A stretch of DNA of 62,344 bases, the filler included, from Chiloscyllium plagiosum (Eukaryota), in the NCBI RefSeq assembly GCF_004010195.1. It is 4 parts of one record of this genome, joined end to end, with 100 filler letters (N's around TTAATTAATTAA, not from the genome) between each part and the next. Parts side by side here need not be neighbours in the genome. Positions count along the whole stretch, not along the records: positions 58,890 to 62,344 come from NC_057714.1; 3 more parts are not named here. The stretch is one strand, 5' to 3'. Positions 62,260-62,344 of this stretch are shown piece by piece. Under the pieces are notes generated by a model. The model ran no database searches. It was not told the DNA's origin and saw only the letters and a program-made list of their open reading frames with translations. Position 1 is the stretch's first letter, and each line of letters begins with the position of its first letter. The translations under genes and the position numbers were made by a program.

Positions 62260-62344
62260 GTCGGACTTTGGCGCAATCTACCAACTTACTTTCTTCTATG
62301 TGTGAGGCAAGTCCTGCGTGTTCTTTAAATGAAGCAATAGGAGA

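Overview
Eukaryotic, repeat-rich genomic DNA from a cartilaginous fish (inferred from HE1-type V-SINEs, HER1/CR1 LINE tails and Deu-type SINE remnants). The only host coding sequence I can support is one large internal exon of tensin-3 (TNS3, + strand, 7048-8292, phase 1-1); the rest looks intronic. It is filled with nested CR1 LINEs, L1 and Rex1/Babar 3' ends, SINEs, decayed PIF/Harbinger genes, a mariner-type MITE, LTR remnants and three artificial 100-bp assembly gaps. The most unusual structure is a set of short, target-site-duplicated, fold-back Penelope-like insertions from about three families that carry minimal hammerhead-ribozyme cores. The best example (37212-37660) is a 201-bp-arm hairpin with an intact hammerhead core on each strand. 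A CpG-rich, promoter-like island with a 24-bp G-rich minisatellite lies at about 60640-61650. Repeat family names come from recognition by eye, not database searches, and boundaries of old repeats are approximate.
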